This document shows positions 18,589 to 28,850 of a DNA stretch of 64,000 nt, piece after piece. Origin of the DNA: a virus. Lineage: Duplodnaviria; Heunggongvirae; Uroviricota; Caudoviricetes. The position numbers and the translations under genes were made by a program. Location of the stretch: the IMG/VR virus record IMGVR_UViG_2721755711_000002. One strand, given 5' to 3'. Each line of letters starts with the position of its first letter. Positions within the stretch are counted from its first letter, which is position 1. The notes under the pieces are model-generated. The model was not told the DNA's origin. It ran no database searches and saw only the letters and a program-made list of their open reading frames with translations.

Positions 18589-19335
18589 TTATTTTGCCTG
18601 TTTCATTTTTTCCACCCTCTCAAGCATTCTTTTTACATTTGATGGAGGATAGTTAAATTCATCGCCGTCTCCAAAAGAAATTTTTATAGGCTTCATTTTC
18701 ATAACCAATTCTTTCAGAACCGCTTTACCAATTTCAGTTTTTGGTACTATAAAACCATTTCCATACAAGCATGATTTATAAGTTTTATAATATTCACCAT
18801 TAATCAAAATTGGTGGATACTCTAATGGCCCATCAATTTGCACTGAATTATCGCAAAATCCATTGCCTTTAGATTTTGAAGCAATAAAAATAGCTATTGT
18901 CCCATCATCGCCATACATCAGGAATCTATTTTTACTAACACCTTCCAGTGGAGGTAATATTATCAGTGCACCATCAATATACCATTCAGCGTAATTCTTT
19001 GATTCATTGATTATGTTCTCATTAATTTCATTTAAAGATGAATATTCCCTGAATGCATTAGAATACCATTGTCGAACACATGATTCTGTTTTGCACTTCT
19101 CTCTTTCATTCCACAAGTCTGAAACAATTTTTCTAAAAGCTTTCTTATCAGCGCTCTCTAACTTTACTTTTTGATATAAAGAATTTAATTTATCATCAAG
19201 TTCAGATAATTCACTGTTGCTGCAAATTAACTTTTCAGAATATGATTTAGCTTTCGAGCAATCAAAAGATACCGCATTCGCAGTTCCGATTTGTAATAAA
19301 AAAGCAAACACTACAAATAATTTAAACTTAATCAT
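18589..19335 (-). CDS. Secreted protein with N-terminal DUF1311 / LprI-like domain (cargo gene)
   Basis: Signal peptide MIKFKLFVVFAFLLQIGTANA; FDCSKAKSYSEKLICSNSELSELDDKLNSLY pattern; AT-rich; RBS aggag. Confidence 0.55.
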   Translation of the reverse strand: MIKFKLFVVFAFLLQIGTANAVSFDCSKAKSYSEKLICSNSELSELDDKLNSLYQKVKLESADKKAFRKIVSDLWNEREKCKTESCVRQWYSNAFREYSSLNEINENIINESKNYAEWYIDGALIILPPLEGVSKNRFLMYGDDGTIAIFIASKSKGNGFCDNSVQIDGPLEYPPILINGEYYKTYKSCLYGNGFIVPKTEIGKAVLKELVMKMKPIKISFGDGDEFNYPPSNVKRMLERVEKMKQAK

Positions 19336-19667
19336 CCGTAATCTCCTTAAAAACAGGAGATTAAATTTTACCCATTCTTAATGTCCGTTCAAGTTCATAC
19401 TTTACAACCGCGCCCAGTTGAGTATGATTAAGCGCATGAGGCGTCGAAACCTCTTCTCAGTGCGGTCACAACCAACCCCGTTAGTGTTGGATTTTTTATG
19501 CCTGCTATTTAGTGATGGCACAATGTGCGGTCACATCCCCGAACAATGTCGGGAGGGCGACGAATACAACACCCGAAAGGGGAATAAGTCCGCGGCCTCA
19601 CTGAGCCGTTTCGAACCTCCCGGCTCCACTCCGATAGTGGAAATTCGAAAAAATCAGTGAGGTCGTT

Positions 19668-20237
19668 ATGACAATACAATTAATCCCCGTTTTCAACGGA
19701 ACTATCTCAAACGAAACCGCCCTACTCTGTAATGCTCGTGATCTGCACGCTTTTCTTGGTGTAGGTAAGGTTTTCGCAGCCTGGATTACATCCCGCATCG
19801 CAGAATACGGATTTACAGAAAATCAAGATTACATTTTGCTTTCCAAAACAGGAAAGCAATCGTTAGGAGGCAGAGGAGGACATAACCGCAAGGACTACCA
19901 CCTCACCCTAGACACCGCCAAAGAACTGGCAATGGTCGAGCGCAACGAAAAAGGACGCCAGATCCGCCGATACTTCATCGAGTGCGAGAAGAAGCTGCGC
20001 GAAGATACCACCAGCACACAATCCCCTCTGAATGTTGACATCATCATGCGCGTCAGAAACGGCTCGGTTACCCACATTGAGCACCACAAATCAGGCTCAG
20101 TTATCACCACAGAATGGGCAATTCACTTACTACGCAAAAGTGGATGGATTGTCATGCCACGCGATGAACTTCTTAACACGCCACTGGCCCAATTGATGCC
20201 CGAAAACTTGCCTCAAACCGGAACCTGCGTCCGGTAA
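19668..20237 (+). CDS. AntA/AntB-type antirepressor-like protein (cargo gene, opposite strand)
   Basis: N-terminal NARDLHAFLGVGKVFAAWITSRIAEYGF resembles AntA domain; RBS gtgagg. Confidence 0.5.
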   Translation: MTIQLIPVFNGTISNETALLCNARDLHAFLGVGKVFAAWITSRIAEYGFTENQDYILLSKTGKQSLGGRGGHNRKDYHLTLDTAKELAMVERNEKGRQIRRYFIECEKKLREDTTSTQSPLNVDIIMRVRNGSVTHIEHHKSGSVITTEWAIHLLRKSGWIVMPRDELLNTPLAQLMPENLPQTGTCVR

Positions 20238-20560
20238 CTGGTTCCGTTAAAAAACACAACATCGATGTTATAGGTGGGGTTCTCTGCCCCATCTACTTTT
20301 GAAATTGCCAGCGATGCAAAATACCCGGCATACTGTTGCTGAACCATGTTCACATAGTAGTCCGGGTAAATCTGCTGCACGATGCACTGCTGCGCTGGAA
20401 TGCCGTAATTCGCGTAAAACGGCGACTCCCCCAACCCCAGCTTTAACGTCTGAATGAGCGTCGTCAGCCAGCCGTAGGAGAAATCACCGTTGGTGTCAGA
20501 TTCTACTGCAACCCATTTTTTGTTGCCGTTCGCGTCGTTGACGCGGCCCCATGTTCTCAT
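20213..20560 (-). CDS. Hypothetical protein, possibly gp25/W-like baseplate wedge
   Basis: ~115 aa at the position expected for W between spike and J; weak motif support only. Confidence 0.3.
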   Translation of the reverse strand: MRTWGRVNDANGNKKWVAVESDTNGDFSYGWLTTLIQTLKLGLGESPFYANYGIPAQQCIVQQIYPDYYVNMVQQQYAGYFASLAISKVDGAENPTYNIDVVFFNGTSYRTQVPV

Positions 20561-20741
20561 CGCGCCCTCACCACCATCGGATCTGACCAACAAAATAACC
20601 AGACGCAAGAATCAGAAAGACCAACCAAATAAGCAAAAACTTCCAGGTGGATAATTTTTCAGCCATAACTCGAATCTCCCGAATCAGTTTGCTAAAATCA
20701 AACACGACTTCTCCTTGCCTTATTCAAGGTCAGAAACAAAA

Positions 20742-20769
20742 AGCCCCGACTGTTTGCCCAGTCGGGGCT
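20742..20769 (-). terminator. Intrinsic terminator-like hairpin downstream of spike gene
   Basis: 9-bp stem agccccgac/gtcggggct; U-run on - strand. Confidence 0.5.
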
Positions 20770-20807
20770 TTCGCTTTATGGATAGAATTTAAAGTGAAAT
20801 TAACCGG

Positions 20808-21521
20808 TTAACCCGGATTTGGTTGCTTCGACGTGATCGTGCTGCCGCCGCTTTGAACGCCAGTCACATCGTGGCTGTGGCCGCTGGCGCTCACGCCGTT
20901 GATAACTGCATCTTTCTCGACCTTAAGAGGGCCAATCAGCGAAGCGGTTGTATCCTTCATCTGGGCTTTGTCCTGGACGATCGGTCCGTTGAGGTGAATT
21001 TTCCCGTTCAGGAAAATATCTTCGGCCTCAAGGTAAACAGCTTTCGACTTTTGCCTGATTTCTTCCGGAGCCACCGTTACCGAGCTACTGCCGTCCTCTG
21101 TTTTGAGGATCGCGCCATCCGGACCGTACAAAACGATTTTTTGCGGATCTTCGTCGGACCAGTCCTTGTTTGCCAGTGGCACGAAAAACAGGGGAGTGAG
21201 CGACATCGAGTAAGAGAGCGTCGCCATACCAGTTCCCAACCCGGACACACCGCGCAGGGATACATCAGCGGCAATTGTTACTCCTCGATCGCCCGGCTGT
21301 ATCGGGTAACGGATATACGGGAATGTGGCGACAGGGATTGTTATCTGCGGAAAGTTGATCCCCTCGGGGAGCATATCAAACTGAACTGTCACTATCTGCC
21401 CGCTGACATCGACAACATGGCAGGGCAATTCACGGCCTTTAAGCTCGGCTTGCTGGTTACCAGAACTGGTCATCATCTCCGACAGCGTTCGGAGAAACGG
21501 TATTTTTTGAGCGTTTGACAT
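20808..21521 (-). CDS. Baseplate spike protein (Mu gp45 / P2 V-like)
   Basis: C-terminal SGHSHDVTGVQSGGSTIT motif typical of V/gp45 spikes. Confidence 0.6.
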   Translation of the reverse strand: MSNAQKIPFLRTLSEMMTSSGNQQAELKGRELPCHVVDVSGQIVTVQFDMLPEGINFPQITIPVATFPYIRYPIQPGDRGVTIAADVSLRGVSGLGTGMATLSYSMSLTPLFFVPLANKDWSDEDPQKIVLYGPDGAILKTEDGSSSVTVAPEEIRQKSKAVYLEAEDIFLNGKIHLNGPIVQDKAQMKDTTASLIGPLKVEKDAVINGVSASGHSHDVTGVQSGGSTITSKQPNPG

Positions 21522-22528
21522 TACACCCTCGCCCAGTTCTCAGCATATGCCTCGAATACCGTCACCCAGGCATCGCCATCGGCTGTCAGATACGAACCAA
21601 TGTGTCTGACCGATTTCACAAGAAATTTCCCGGTAAACGTGGTCGAGTTTTTGGAGATAACGCCAGGAGCCATTGTATTAGCCATCACAATCGACGCGGC
21701 GCCCGAATAAAGCCCCTCCGGCAAATTAACCACATCACCACATCTGATATCGCCCCTCATCGGGCATTTGAAGCTGACGGTAAACGGCGCTACCCATGTC
21801 GGCTGCCCGACCAGTTCATGGGCATGAATTGTTTTTGGCTCACCCCACTTTGCCGATGCGTTATCGTAGATTCGTATTCTGTCGGAAAGAATACTGATGG
21901 CGATTCCGCTATACCTTTCATTACGCATCATCGCAATAGAGGCGTTTTTTACGACCATTGCCAGAGAACCAATCTCTGTATATTTACCCGTCCACGGCTC
22001 TGGCAAAACTAGGTTGTCGCTGACTGTGCAATCAATCAATTTATTGGGATATGCTTTTTGCAAAGCGCGGACTAAAACATCGCCAACCCTTTCGCCTGCT
22101 TCCCCCTGCCCCTCAATTGAAAAAGGTTTACCGTCATCGGTTTTGCGTATGCTTGGATTTATTACCAGGTTTAAAGTCTGGTTCGTGCCGATCCAGTTGG
22201 CATAGGCCAGATAAATTTCACCATAGATTACCTCCCCCTGTTGATCCTTATTTGCCAGTGGTAACCCCTGAACAAAGCCTGCTTTCATACGGACCAGACA
22301 ACCCTGCAAGCTTACGCTTTGCTTCAGCATGTCAATTGGTAATCCATAGATCGTCAGCATCGTGCCCGAACAGACTACATCCAGGCCGGTTACTTCAAAG
22401 TCAAATTCAACATGCAACCCACATCCTGGTGTTTCACTGGTATCAAAAGGTCCAATGGGTTTTCCATTGCTATCCACTGGCGGCTTGCCTGTTTTAGGAT
22501 TAATAATTTCCAGTCGGTAATAACGCAT
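21521..22528 (-). CDS. Putative baseplate hub protein
   Basis: 335 aa upstream of spike gene, overlapping stop/start. Confidence 0.35.
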   Translation of the reverse strand: MRYYRLEIINPKTGKPPVDSNGKPIGPFDTSETPGCGLHVEFDFEVTGLDVVCSGTMLTIYGLPIDMLKQSVSLQGCLVRMKAGFVQGLPLANKDQQGEVIYGEIYLAYANWIGTNQTLNLVINPSIRKTDDGKPFSIEGQGEAGERVGDVLVRALQKAYPNKLIDCTVSDNLVLPEPWTGKYTEIGSLAMVVKNASIAMMRNERYSGIAISILSDRIRIYDNASAKWGEPKTIHAHELVGQPTWVAPFTVSFKCPMRGDIRCGDVVNLPEGLYSGAASIVMANTMAPGVISKNSTTFTGKFLVKSVRHIGSYLTADGDAWVTVFEAYAENWARV

Positions 22529-22794
22529 TACGAAACCTCAAACTGATTCGTACTTTCGCGAAAAACAAGTTTCCCCGGTGAGCAAGGCAGCGCCAGATTG
22601 ATGTCGTAACTGTCAGGTGACGCGATCAACGGCATGTACACAATCACGTCGCCAGAACTGTCTTTCAGTTCCAGGTAGTAACGATTTGCATACAGATTAA
22701 ACGGAACGCGGGCGAATGTTTCATATTCTCCAATTCTGGCCGTGAACTGAAACGGGCCTCGCCCGTCAGGTTTAAAAGGAATTAACGTTGTCAT
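22528..22794 (-). CDS. Hypothetical tail protein
   Basis: 88 aa ORF coupled within tail operon. Confidence 0.3.
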   Translation of the reverse strand: MTTLIPFKPDGRGPFQFTARIGEYETFARVPFNLYANRYYLELKDSSGDVIVYMPLIASPDSYDINLALPCSPGKLVFRESTNQFEVS

Positions 22795-23459
22795 AAGCCA
22801 ATACCAAACTCCTGCACGACCTGGTTCTTAATGCCTGACCACGATAGCGGCCCGTCTGACGGCATCCCTTTATCAAATTTATCCAGAACACTAGCCAGCG
22901 TCTTTACTGTTTGTTCGACAGACGACAATGGTTGCTCAAACTCAATCAGCCAGGTGTGCTGCACTTGCTTGTTCTGCTCAGAGAAACCAGATGTATCGAT
23001 AAACGACCGCATCAGGCAGCGCGTGTAGATAAACGAGGGAGTCATAACGGTATAACAACCGCCATACTGGTTATGCATATCAAGCGCCATTTTCAGCGCC
23101 GTAAACGTCATCCCCTTAGTGGTGTAGCCACCGTCCTCCGTTGATACCGGACGGATCATCTGCATGACTACCCGGTTAGGCTTCCTGACGGTCGCATTCG
23201 CTGCCGTTACCTGGTTATAGAAATTCAGGTTGCAAATATCCTGCTGGACCAGCGTTGTCCCGGCCATTGGCGTGAATGCCGCCATCGAGCGTGTATGAAT
23301 CTCTCCATGCAGCAGACCGTTCGCGATACTTAGTCCTTCGGTCAGAACAGCAATCGGCATCACCCCGCCGGGAATTTTCGACGCTATGCCATCAACTAAA
23401 AGAATGGGCGAAACTTCAAACGCCAGTTTGAAAGCTTGTCCAAAGTAATTAAGTGACAT
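22791..23459 (-). CDS. Hypothetical tail protein (downstream of tape measure)
   Basis: 222 aa, position only. Confidence 0.3.
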   Translation of the reverse strand: MSLNYFGQAFKLAFEVSPILLVDGIASKIPGGVMPIAVLTEGLSIANGLLHGEIHTRSMAAFTPMAGTTLVQQDICNLNFYNQVTAANATVRKPNRVVMQMIRPVSTEDGGYTTKGMTFTALKMALDMHNQYGGCYTVMTPSFIYTRCLMRSFIDTSGFSEQNKQVQHTWLIEFEQPLSSVEQTVKTLASVLDKFDKGMPSDGPLSWSGIKNQVVQEFGIGL

Positions 23460-23462
23460 CTT

Positions 23463-25436
23463 TTACCCCGGTATTTGTTGCGTTCCGGCGAGTTGTGCCA
23501 GTATGTCGGAACCCGGCGATTGTCGCACCTGAAGCTCAATTATTGCGCGGGCATTTTTGCCAGCACCCTGAAGGTTATCTCTGGCATTTCTTAGCTGATT
23601 CATAATACCAGGGTGTTGATCCAAAGCTCCCTGTATCTGAGGCAATAATTTAATTAAATATTTTACAGTCTCCATTCTCAAACTTAGATTTCCATCTCTA
23701 TCAATACGACCTCCGTTATATGCCGTAAGCATTTTTGCCACATCGCCTTTATAACGCCGGTTCAGATCATTTAAAAAGCGGCCAGCCGCAAGAGTGGATT
23801 TATTTGGGTCATAAACATCATCACCCACCAGACCATACTGTTTTGCGGTGCTATCCCAGAATTGCCACAACCCCTTAGCGAATCTACCTTTTTCATCTGG
23901 AGTTCCTCTTGCCAGAGGATTCCACGAAGATTCAACCTCCGCGATAGCTGACATCATATTTTTAGGAAGTCGATAAGTATTATTGGCTTGCTCTACAAAG
24001 TTCTGAATATTTCTCTTTAAATCATTAGGCATACGGTAATTTTTATATACATCATCCTGTTTATAAAACTCACCCGTATACTGATTTGTCATCGGGTTTG
24101 CTCCCGGCAACGCACCACCGAGATATTTATTCCCAAATGCCGCAAGAACTGGATCTGCCTGTTCAGCACCAACTCCGGTTCCGGGGAGATATTTATCTTC
24201 CCCACCGATCCATTTGATAGCTGACCATATTGCTTTTGCAATCCGGCTCACCGCCAGAGAAAAATCGTCAAGATCATTTTTAAATTGTTCGCTATTCAGC
24301 CACTTACCAAGTTTCTCCAGCCCTTCGCCAGCCTCAGTGAGAATTTTCTGAAAATTTCCACCATTCAGAAAACCTTCAATATTGGATGTCAGCCCATCAG
24401 ATGCACCTGTGATTAGTGGGTTATATCTGGCGAGAGCTGCATACCAGGAATTTGATATTCTGTTTCCATTTACCATCAGGTTACTCACCGTATCCTGATA
24501 ACCTGACTGCATAGCTGGCGTGAGGTAAGCACCGAGCAACCTGGTATTTGATGCAAATTTCTCGTTCAGTTGGGGGATCTTGTCCAGATTCGCTTCCACC
24601 TGGTTAGTTGTCGCGACATCAACAAATCCAAGCCCTTGTCCGTTGAGAATCCCCTGAGTAAGTCCTGAACCTTTATATTGCTTAACGAGAGATGCAAGCG
24701 CGCTCATAAGTTTGGGCAGATTCTTTGCTGCACCATCTCGAGGATCAATTCCAAGACTGACCAGACCAGCATAGTTTGGATCATTCGGATTTTTCTGTGC
24801 GTTCGCCAGATGCTGAACCAGTTCTTCTGTGCCAGAAAAATATGGCGAATAGGTGGCACGTGCGGCCTGCATCTGTGCGGTTTCCATACCCAGCCCCTGA
24901 GCCACGCTGTATTGCGCTGCAACCTTGCTCGCCATATATCCGTACCCGAAAGCACCGACCGAACCAAGCGCCGCAATTTTGCTCCCCCAGGATACAGTCG
25001 TTTTAAACAGCGTTTTCAGTCGTGAATTGGTCGTTTTAAGCGTTGAATTGATCTGCTTGTAAGTTTTCAGCGTCCCCTGAGCGTTTTTACCCAGACTACT
25101 GAGATACTTATCAAACATCGTTTCGCCGCGACCTTTATAGTTGCTCACCAGCGAATCAGGTGTTTTTCCGCTACCGACAAAGCTCCCTTTTTCATCCCTT
25201 AAACGTCCATCGGTGGGCGCAGGTGAAGATGGTTTCCTGGGAGCCTGATTGGCTTCTCCGCCCGAGGTTGCCTGCTGCGTGCCACCTCCTAGACCTGTAT
25301 TTGAAGGTATTTTAAGCGGCGTCCCCGCAGGGCCAATCATCAGCCCATTGCGATACTTTTCAAATATCGCCTCAAGTCGCTTAAGGTGTTCTTCATTAAC
25401 GTCCAGTGTCAGAACTGGCATCTGATTACCTGACAT
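23463..25436 (-). CDS. Tail tape measure protein with C-terminal lytic transglycosylase (SLT) domain
   Basis: 657 aa; C-terminal SAIAEVESSWNP...GLWQF...AYNGG resembles SLT catalytic region. Confidence 0.65.
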   Translation of the reverse strand: MSGNQMPVLTLDVNEEHLKRLEAIFEKYRNGLMIGPAGTPLKIPSNTGLGGGTQQATSGGEANQAPRKPSSPAPTDGRLRDEKGSFVGSGKTPDSLVSNYKGRGETMFDKYLSSLGKNAQGTLKTYKQINSTLKTTNSRLKTLFKTTVSWGSKIAALGSVGAFGYGYMASKVAAQYSVAQGLGMETAQMQAARATYSPYFSGTEELVQHLANAQKNPNDPNYAGLVSLGIDPRDGAAKNLPKLMSALASLVKQYKGSGLTQGILNGQGLGFVDVATTNQVEANLDKIPQLNEKFASNTRLLGAYLTPAMQSGYQDTVSNLMVNGNRISNSWYAALARYNPLITGASDGLTSNIEGFLNGGNFQKILTEAGEGLEKLGKWLNSEQFKNDLDDFSLAVSRIAKAIWSAIKWIGGEDKYLPGTGVGAEQADPVLAAFGNKYLGGALPGANPMTNQYTGEFYKQDDVYKNYRMPNDLKRNIQNFVEQANNTYRLPKNMMSAIAEVESSWNPLARGTPDEKGRFAKGLWQFWDSTAKQYGLVGDDVYDPNKSTLAAGRFLNDLNRRYKGDVAKMLTAYNGGRIDRDGNLSLRMETVKYLIKLLPQIQGALDQHPGIMNQLRNARDNLQGAGKNARAIIELQVRQSPGSDILAQLAGTQQIPG

Positions 25437-25739
25437 TCAATACCCCTCCCGGCGTCGTGCATTTACGCAGCTCACGAAACTGAGCTGCTGTTTTTACATT
25501 CAGACCGGAATTTGCCCAGATGTCGCTGAATCCGTCTCCGGCTGAGTAGTCGAGGATGTCGCTGATAACGTGCTCGCCGTCGCGCCAGAACTGGCGACAG
25601 GCTTCAATGTCGGCAATGAAGCAATCCATTCCGTAAGACTCAAGGATGAAGTGCGACTGTTCCACATTCCACTGACTACCAGCATCATCTGTTCCGTCTG
25701 CTCCGGTGTGTTTATCGACGAGACGCATGTAAAAAAAAC
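25426..25739 (-). other. -1 programmed frameshift site U UUU UUU (plus-strand A-run 25731-25738) with extension frame ending at 25426
   Basis: ORF 25426..25728 is in the -1 frame relative to ORF 25500..26129 and starts directly after the T8 run. Confidence 0.5.
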
Positions 25740-26117
25740 GAGTTCACCTGCCACATCATCAAATTCAACGATGCCGCGCTCTAGCGCCATATCAAGCGGG
25801 ATCGTGTCGTAGCCTTTCCCTTCGACTGGGTAAACCAGATTCGCAAGACGAATGATTTCATTCACGAGCGTATTGCGAACGCCCTTTTCGCCATCCCAGA
25901 TATTCATATCTGAGGAGATCCGTTCCAGCATAAGGCAGGCGATACGCGGCCCCGAAACGACGCCAAGACCTTCTGAAAAAATGGCAGAAAAGGTTTTACT
26001 CAGAATAAAGAAATGCTCTTTAAACACCTCTTTGCTGATCGGCGTGGCATGGATCCAGCCGTTCCCCTTTTCTGTCCGGACAGGAATAATCAGATTCAAA
26101 TTTCGCGCGATTTTCAT
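25500..26117 (-). CDS. Tail assembly chaperone (zero-frame product)
   Basis: Between tube and tape measure; contains slippery run. Confidence 0.45.
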   Translation of the reverse strand: MKIARNLNLIIPVRTEKGNGWIHATPISKEVFKEHFFILSKTFSAIFSEGLGVVSGPRIACLMLERISSDMNIWDGEKGVRNTLVNEIIRLANLVYPVEGKGYDTIPLDMALERGIVEFDDVAGELVFFTCVSSINTPEQTEQMMLVVSGMWNSRTSSLSLTEWIASLPTLKPVASSGATASTLSATSSTTQPETDSATSGQIPV

Positions 26118-26557
26118 ACCAGATCCCACATTTCAGAGTTGATGTAATACGTACCGGTAATGGTGATGGCTACACCAGGCTCGCCCCCGGCGAAGGTCAT
26201 ATCCTGCACGTTGGTGATCGCCGTGTTATAGATATCGAAGTCACCGAATACCGTGCTGTCGCTATACACTTTTGCGTCGCCGATCGTGGCGTTCTTTTCC
26301 CATTGAGCCTTGAATTGTTTTCCCAGCGCCTGGCTACGCAGCAGATGAACACGCGCCTGTAAAATCATGTATGGCTGCGGCGACTGCACGGCTCCCGTCA
26401 TGGCGGGTAAAAACTCCGTAATATTGCCCTGAAAGGACAATTCGACGCCTTCTTTTGCCAGAAATGAGGCGGACACATTCAGTTCGGAATGAGAGGTGAA
26501 TTTAACGCTGGCGCGAACCCGGTTAAGGGTGCCAACAGGGATCATTGGATTAGGCAC
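26114..26557 (-). CDS. Tail tube protein
   Basis: 147 aa, position between sheath-like gene and chaperone. Confidence 0.5.
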   Translation of the reverse strand: MPNPMIPVGTLNRVRASVKFTSHSELNVSASFLAKEGVELSFQGNITEFLPAMTGAVQSPQPYMILQARVHLLRSQALGKQFKAQWEKNATIGDAKVYSDSTVFGDFDIYNTAITNVQDMTFAGGEPGVAITITGTYYINSEMWDLV

Positions 26558-26568
26558 GGTTCAGTCCC

Positions 26569-27906
26569 TCACGAAAGCTGCATTGTCACATTGATGTTAA
26601 AAATGATTTCGACAAATCCGCGCATCGGCGTATAGGAGGCCGAAAGGCCCGCATAACGCCCGATACCGTAATCATTCGGATTCGTGTTGATATACTGGCG
26701 GAAAGGCACTGCATCGACGACAGGCTGGCCGTTGACCAGGCCGTAAGATACGCCCGTATTGAACACCGCCTGTGCGACCTGCTGTAGACGGTCGATCCCG
26801 TCCTGGTTGTAGTAAAGCGGGTTAATTGGGTTATTGCTGCCGTTGATCACCGTGTTGGCGAGCTGCATATCGACATTAATCTGCACCCAGTCCACGGAAT
26901 ACCAGTACGTCATATCGTTACCGTCACTGGTAACGCCTTTCACCAGAATCGTGTTGGAGATTCCGCCCTCAGCCCCCGTTTCGACGTAGTTAATATTCTG
27001 CTTCGTCATCGTGGCCAGAATGGAATTTTTGCCCTTGTGGGCGTTTACCGCCTGTAGATAGCGAAATGCCATCGGCGGCACCTTGTTGATTTCTGAAGGT
27101 GATGCGGAAACATAGTTCCACATTACGGCTGCTGCCGCGTTTGTCGCCGGGTACGTATCATCCGCCGTTGCAATAACCGACTTAATACCGGCATAAGGCG
27201 AAACGTAATTCGTGTCGTCCGGCGTTTTCGTCAGCACGAAGAAATACTGCATCGCTTCGTTGGCGGTGTGGAGTTTTGCCAGACTGATAAACTCCGCGTC
27301 GCCATCCCACGTCTGCGGTACCAGATAAGCGTAAAAACGCTGGAGCGGATCTTCCATATAAGATTTCAGCGCAGCGATTTCCTTACTGACTCCGCCTTTC
27401 TGTACTCCCAGCTCCAGCAGGTAAATCCCCACTGAATTTCCCTGGGCAAAAAACGTGTTTACTGCCGTCACCAGATTTTCACTGCCAGCAATAGAAAACT
27501 GCCCCAGCGTCACTGGAGAACCGGAAAGCTGAGAACCAGTAATAGTCCAGGTCAGTGTTTTTTCATCCGTGACGGTAGCAGTATATTCGCCATTCCACGC
27601 GTCGGGCGAACACCCGGAAACAACAATTTTCACCTCAGAACTGTTTTCGCGTCGGATGTTGCTCCCTTCCGGAAGCGTCATCGTTACGATGACGCTTGCC
27701 GCAGATCTTCCTGCGACAGCTGCCGACAAGGCAACAATCGGATTTTTAACCAGTTCGTTAATGTCCTGATTACGGGTGAGTAATACGGGTTTTCCCGGCT
27801 CATGAGTCGTGGAACCAAACGAGAGAACCGCAGACATCTGCTGCAAATTCGAGGGAATGGCCCCGATGGTCTGGGACACATTCACCGTGACGATATTAAA
27901 TCCCAT
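26569..27906 (-). CDS. Tail sheath protein
   Basis: 445 aa upstream of tube gene; position-based. Confidence 0.5.
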   Translation of the reverse strand: MGFNIVTVNVSQTIGAIPSNLQQMSAVLSFGSTTHEPGKPVLLTRNQDINELVKNPIVALSAAVAGRSAASVIVTMTLPEGSNIRRENSSEVKIVVSGCSPDAWNGEYTATVTDEKTLTWTITGSQLSGSPVTLGQFSIAGSENLVTAVNTFFAQGNSVGIYLLELGVQKGGVSKEIAALKSYMEDPLQRFYAYLVPQTWDGDAEFISLAKLHTANEAMQYFFVLTKTPDDTNYVSPYAGIKSVIATADDTYPATNAAAAVMWNYVSASPSEINKVPPMAFRYLQAVNAHKGKNSILATMTKQNINYVETGAEGGISNTILVKGVTSDGNDMTYWYSVDWVQINVDMQLANTVINGSNNPINPLYYNQDGIDRLQQVAQAVFNTGVSYGLVNGQPVVDAVPFRQYINTNPNDYGIGRYAGLSASYTPMRGFVEIIFNINVTMQLS

Positions 27907-28850
27907 TATTTAACCTCATATTTACAAATAACTTTTTCAATCAACTGCCGGGATATTTCCCGGGCGGTGCTCTGGTAGTAATTCACGTCAAAATCGACAA
28001 TCTTTTTCTTCGCCAGAGCGTTGATTTCAACCTGTCCCGACTTTGCGTCCTGAACCACCGGAATATTGGTTACACCAAACTTTTCCTCCTCCAGCGCCCT
28101 GTTCACCACCGAGTCGACAAGATCCAGCGCCATTTTGTTGCTGAATCCGTAAAGCGTCAGGCGAACCGAATCCTGGACTAGCTGGAACCGCTCACCTCCG
28201 AAAACAACGGGAGCCACCTGCAACGGAATACTGTTGCGAACATCCACCGCGATATACGGAGGGCGAAGGTTCTGCGGTACCAGGTAAGACGGATACACGG
28301 TCGCGGCATCTTTCATTTGCAGCCAGATCGGGATGCTGTTGGAGATGATCTGCTCGTCGCTGATATCCTCCTCGCAGTCGATAATCTGGGAACGCATGGT
28401 TGGTAAAATCGCCATGCCGCGATAATGAAAAATACCCGACTGCTGATAACGGCTCTCCATTCGTGAAAAAGCGAACTGGACGCCTCCGTACTCACCGAGA
28501 TAGATCGCATCGGGATTTTCCACATTAAAATCATCAACCTGCTGAACAGGCGTGAAAATAATGTTGTTCACATCCTTCGAGACAGACTCGTCCTGAATCG
28601 CAATAACCTGACGATGCAGGCTGCCTTTGATTTTCAGACGAGTTGGTGACTCAATATTCAGGCGACACAGTTCATCGCAACTGATGATTTCCGCATTAAC
28701 CCAATAGACAAAGCCATCCAGCGGCAGAACCTGCCGGACATAGAGCCTGAACGTGATTTCCTGGTCTGACGAGATGGTTTCAACTGCGGATTTAAGAACG
28801 GATGAGAGCTGCGAACTGTGCTGTTCGGCTAATTCCTCAAGACTCGGCAT
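27906..28850 (-). CDS. Hypothetical virion protein (head-tail region)
   Basis: 314 aa, translationally coupled in structural operon. Confidence 0.3.
   Translation of the reverse strand: MPSLEELAEQHSSQLSSVLKSAVETISSDQEITFRLYVRQVLPLDGFVYWVNAEIISCDELCRLNIESPTRLKIKGSLHRQVIAIQDESVSKDVNNIIFTPVQQVDDFNVENPDAIYLGEYGGVQFAFSRMESRYQQSGIFHYRGMAILPTMRSQIIDCEEDISDEQIISNSIPIWLQMKDAATVYPSYLVPQNLRPPYIAVDVRNSIPLQVAPVVFGGERFQLVQDSVRLTLYGFSNKMALDLVDSVVNRALEEEKFGVTNIPVVQDAKSGQVEINALAKKKIVDFDVNYYQSTAREISRQLIEKVICKYEVK

Noticed and set aside
20823-22012. + strand ORFs 20823..21518 and 21515..22012
   Set aside because: Antisense to well-supported baseplate genes; Arg-rich, non-protein-like translations.
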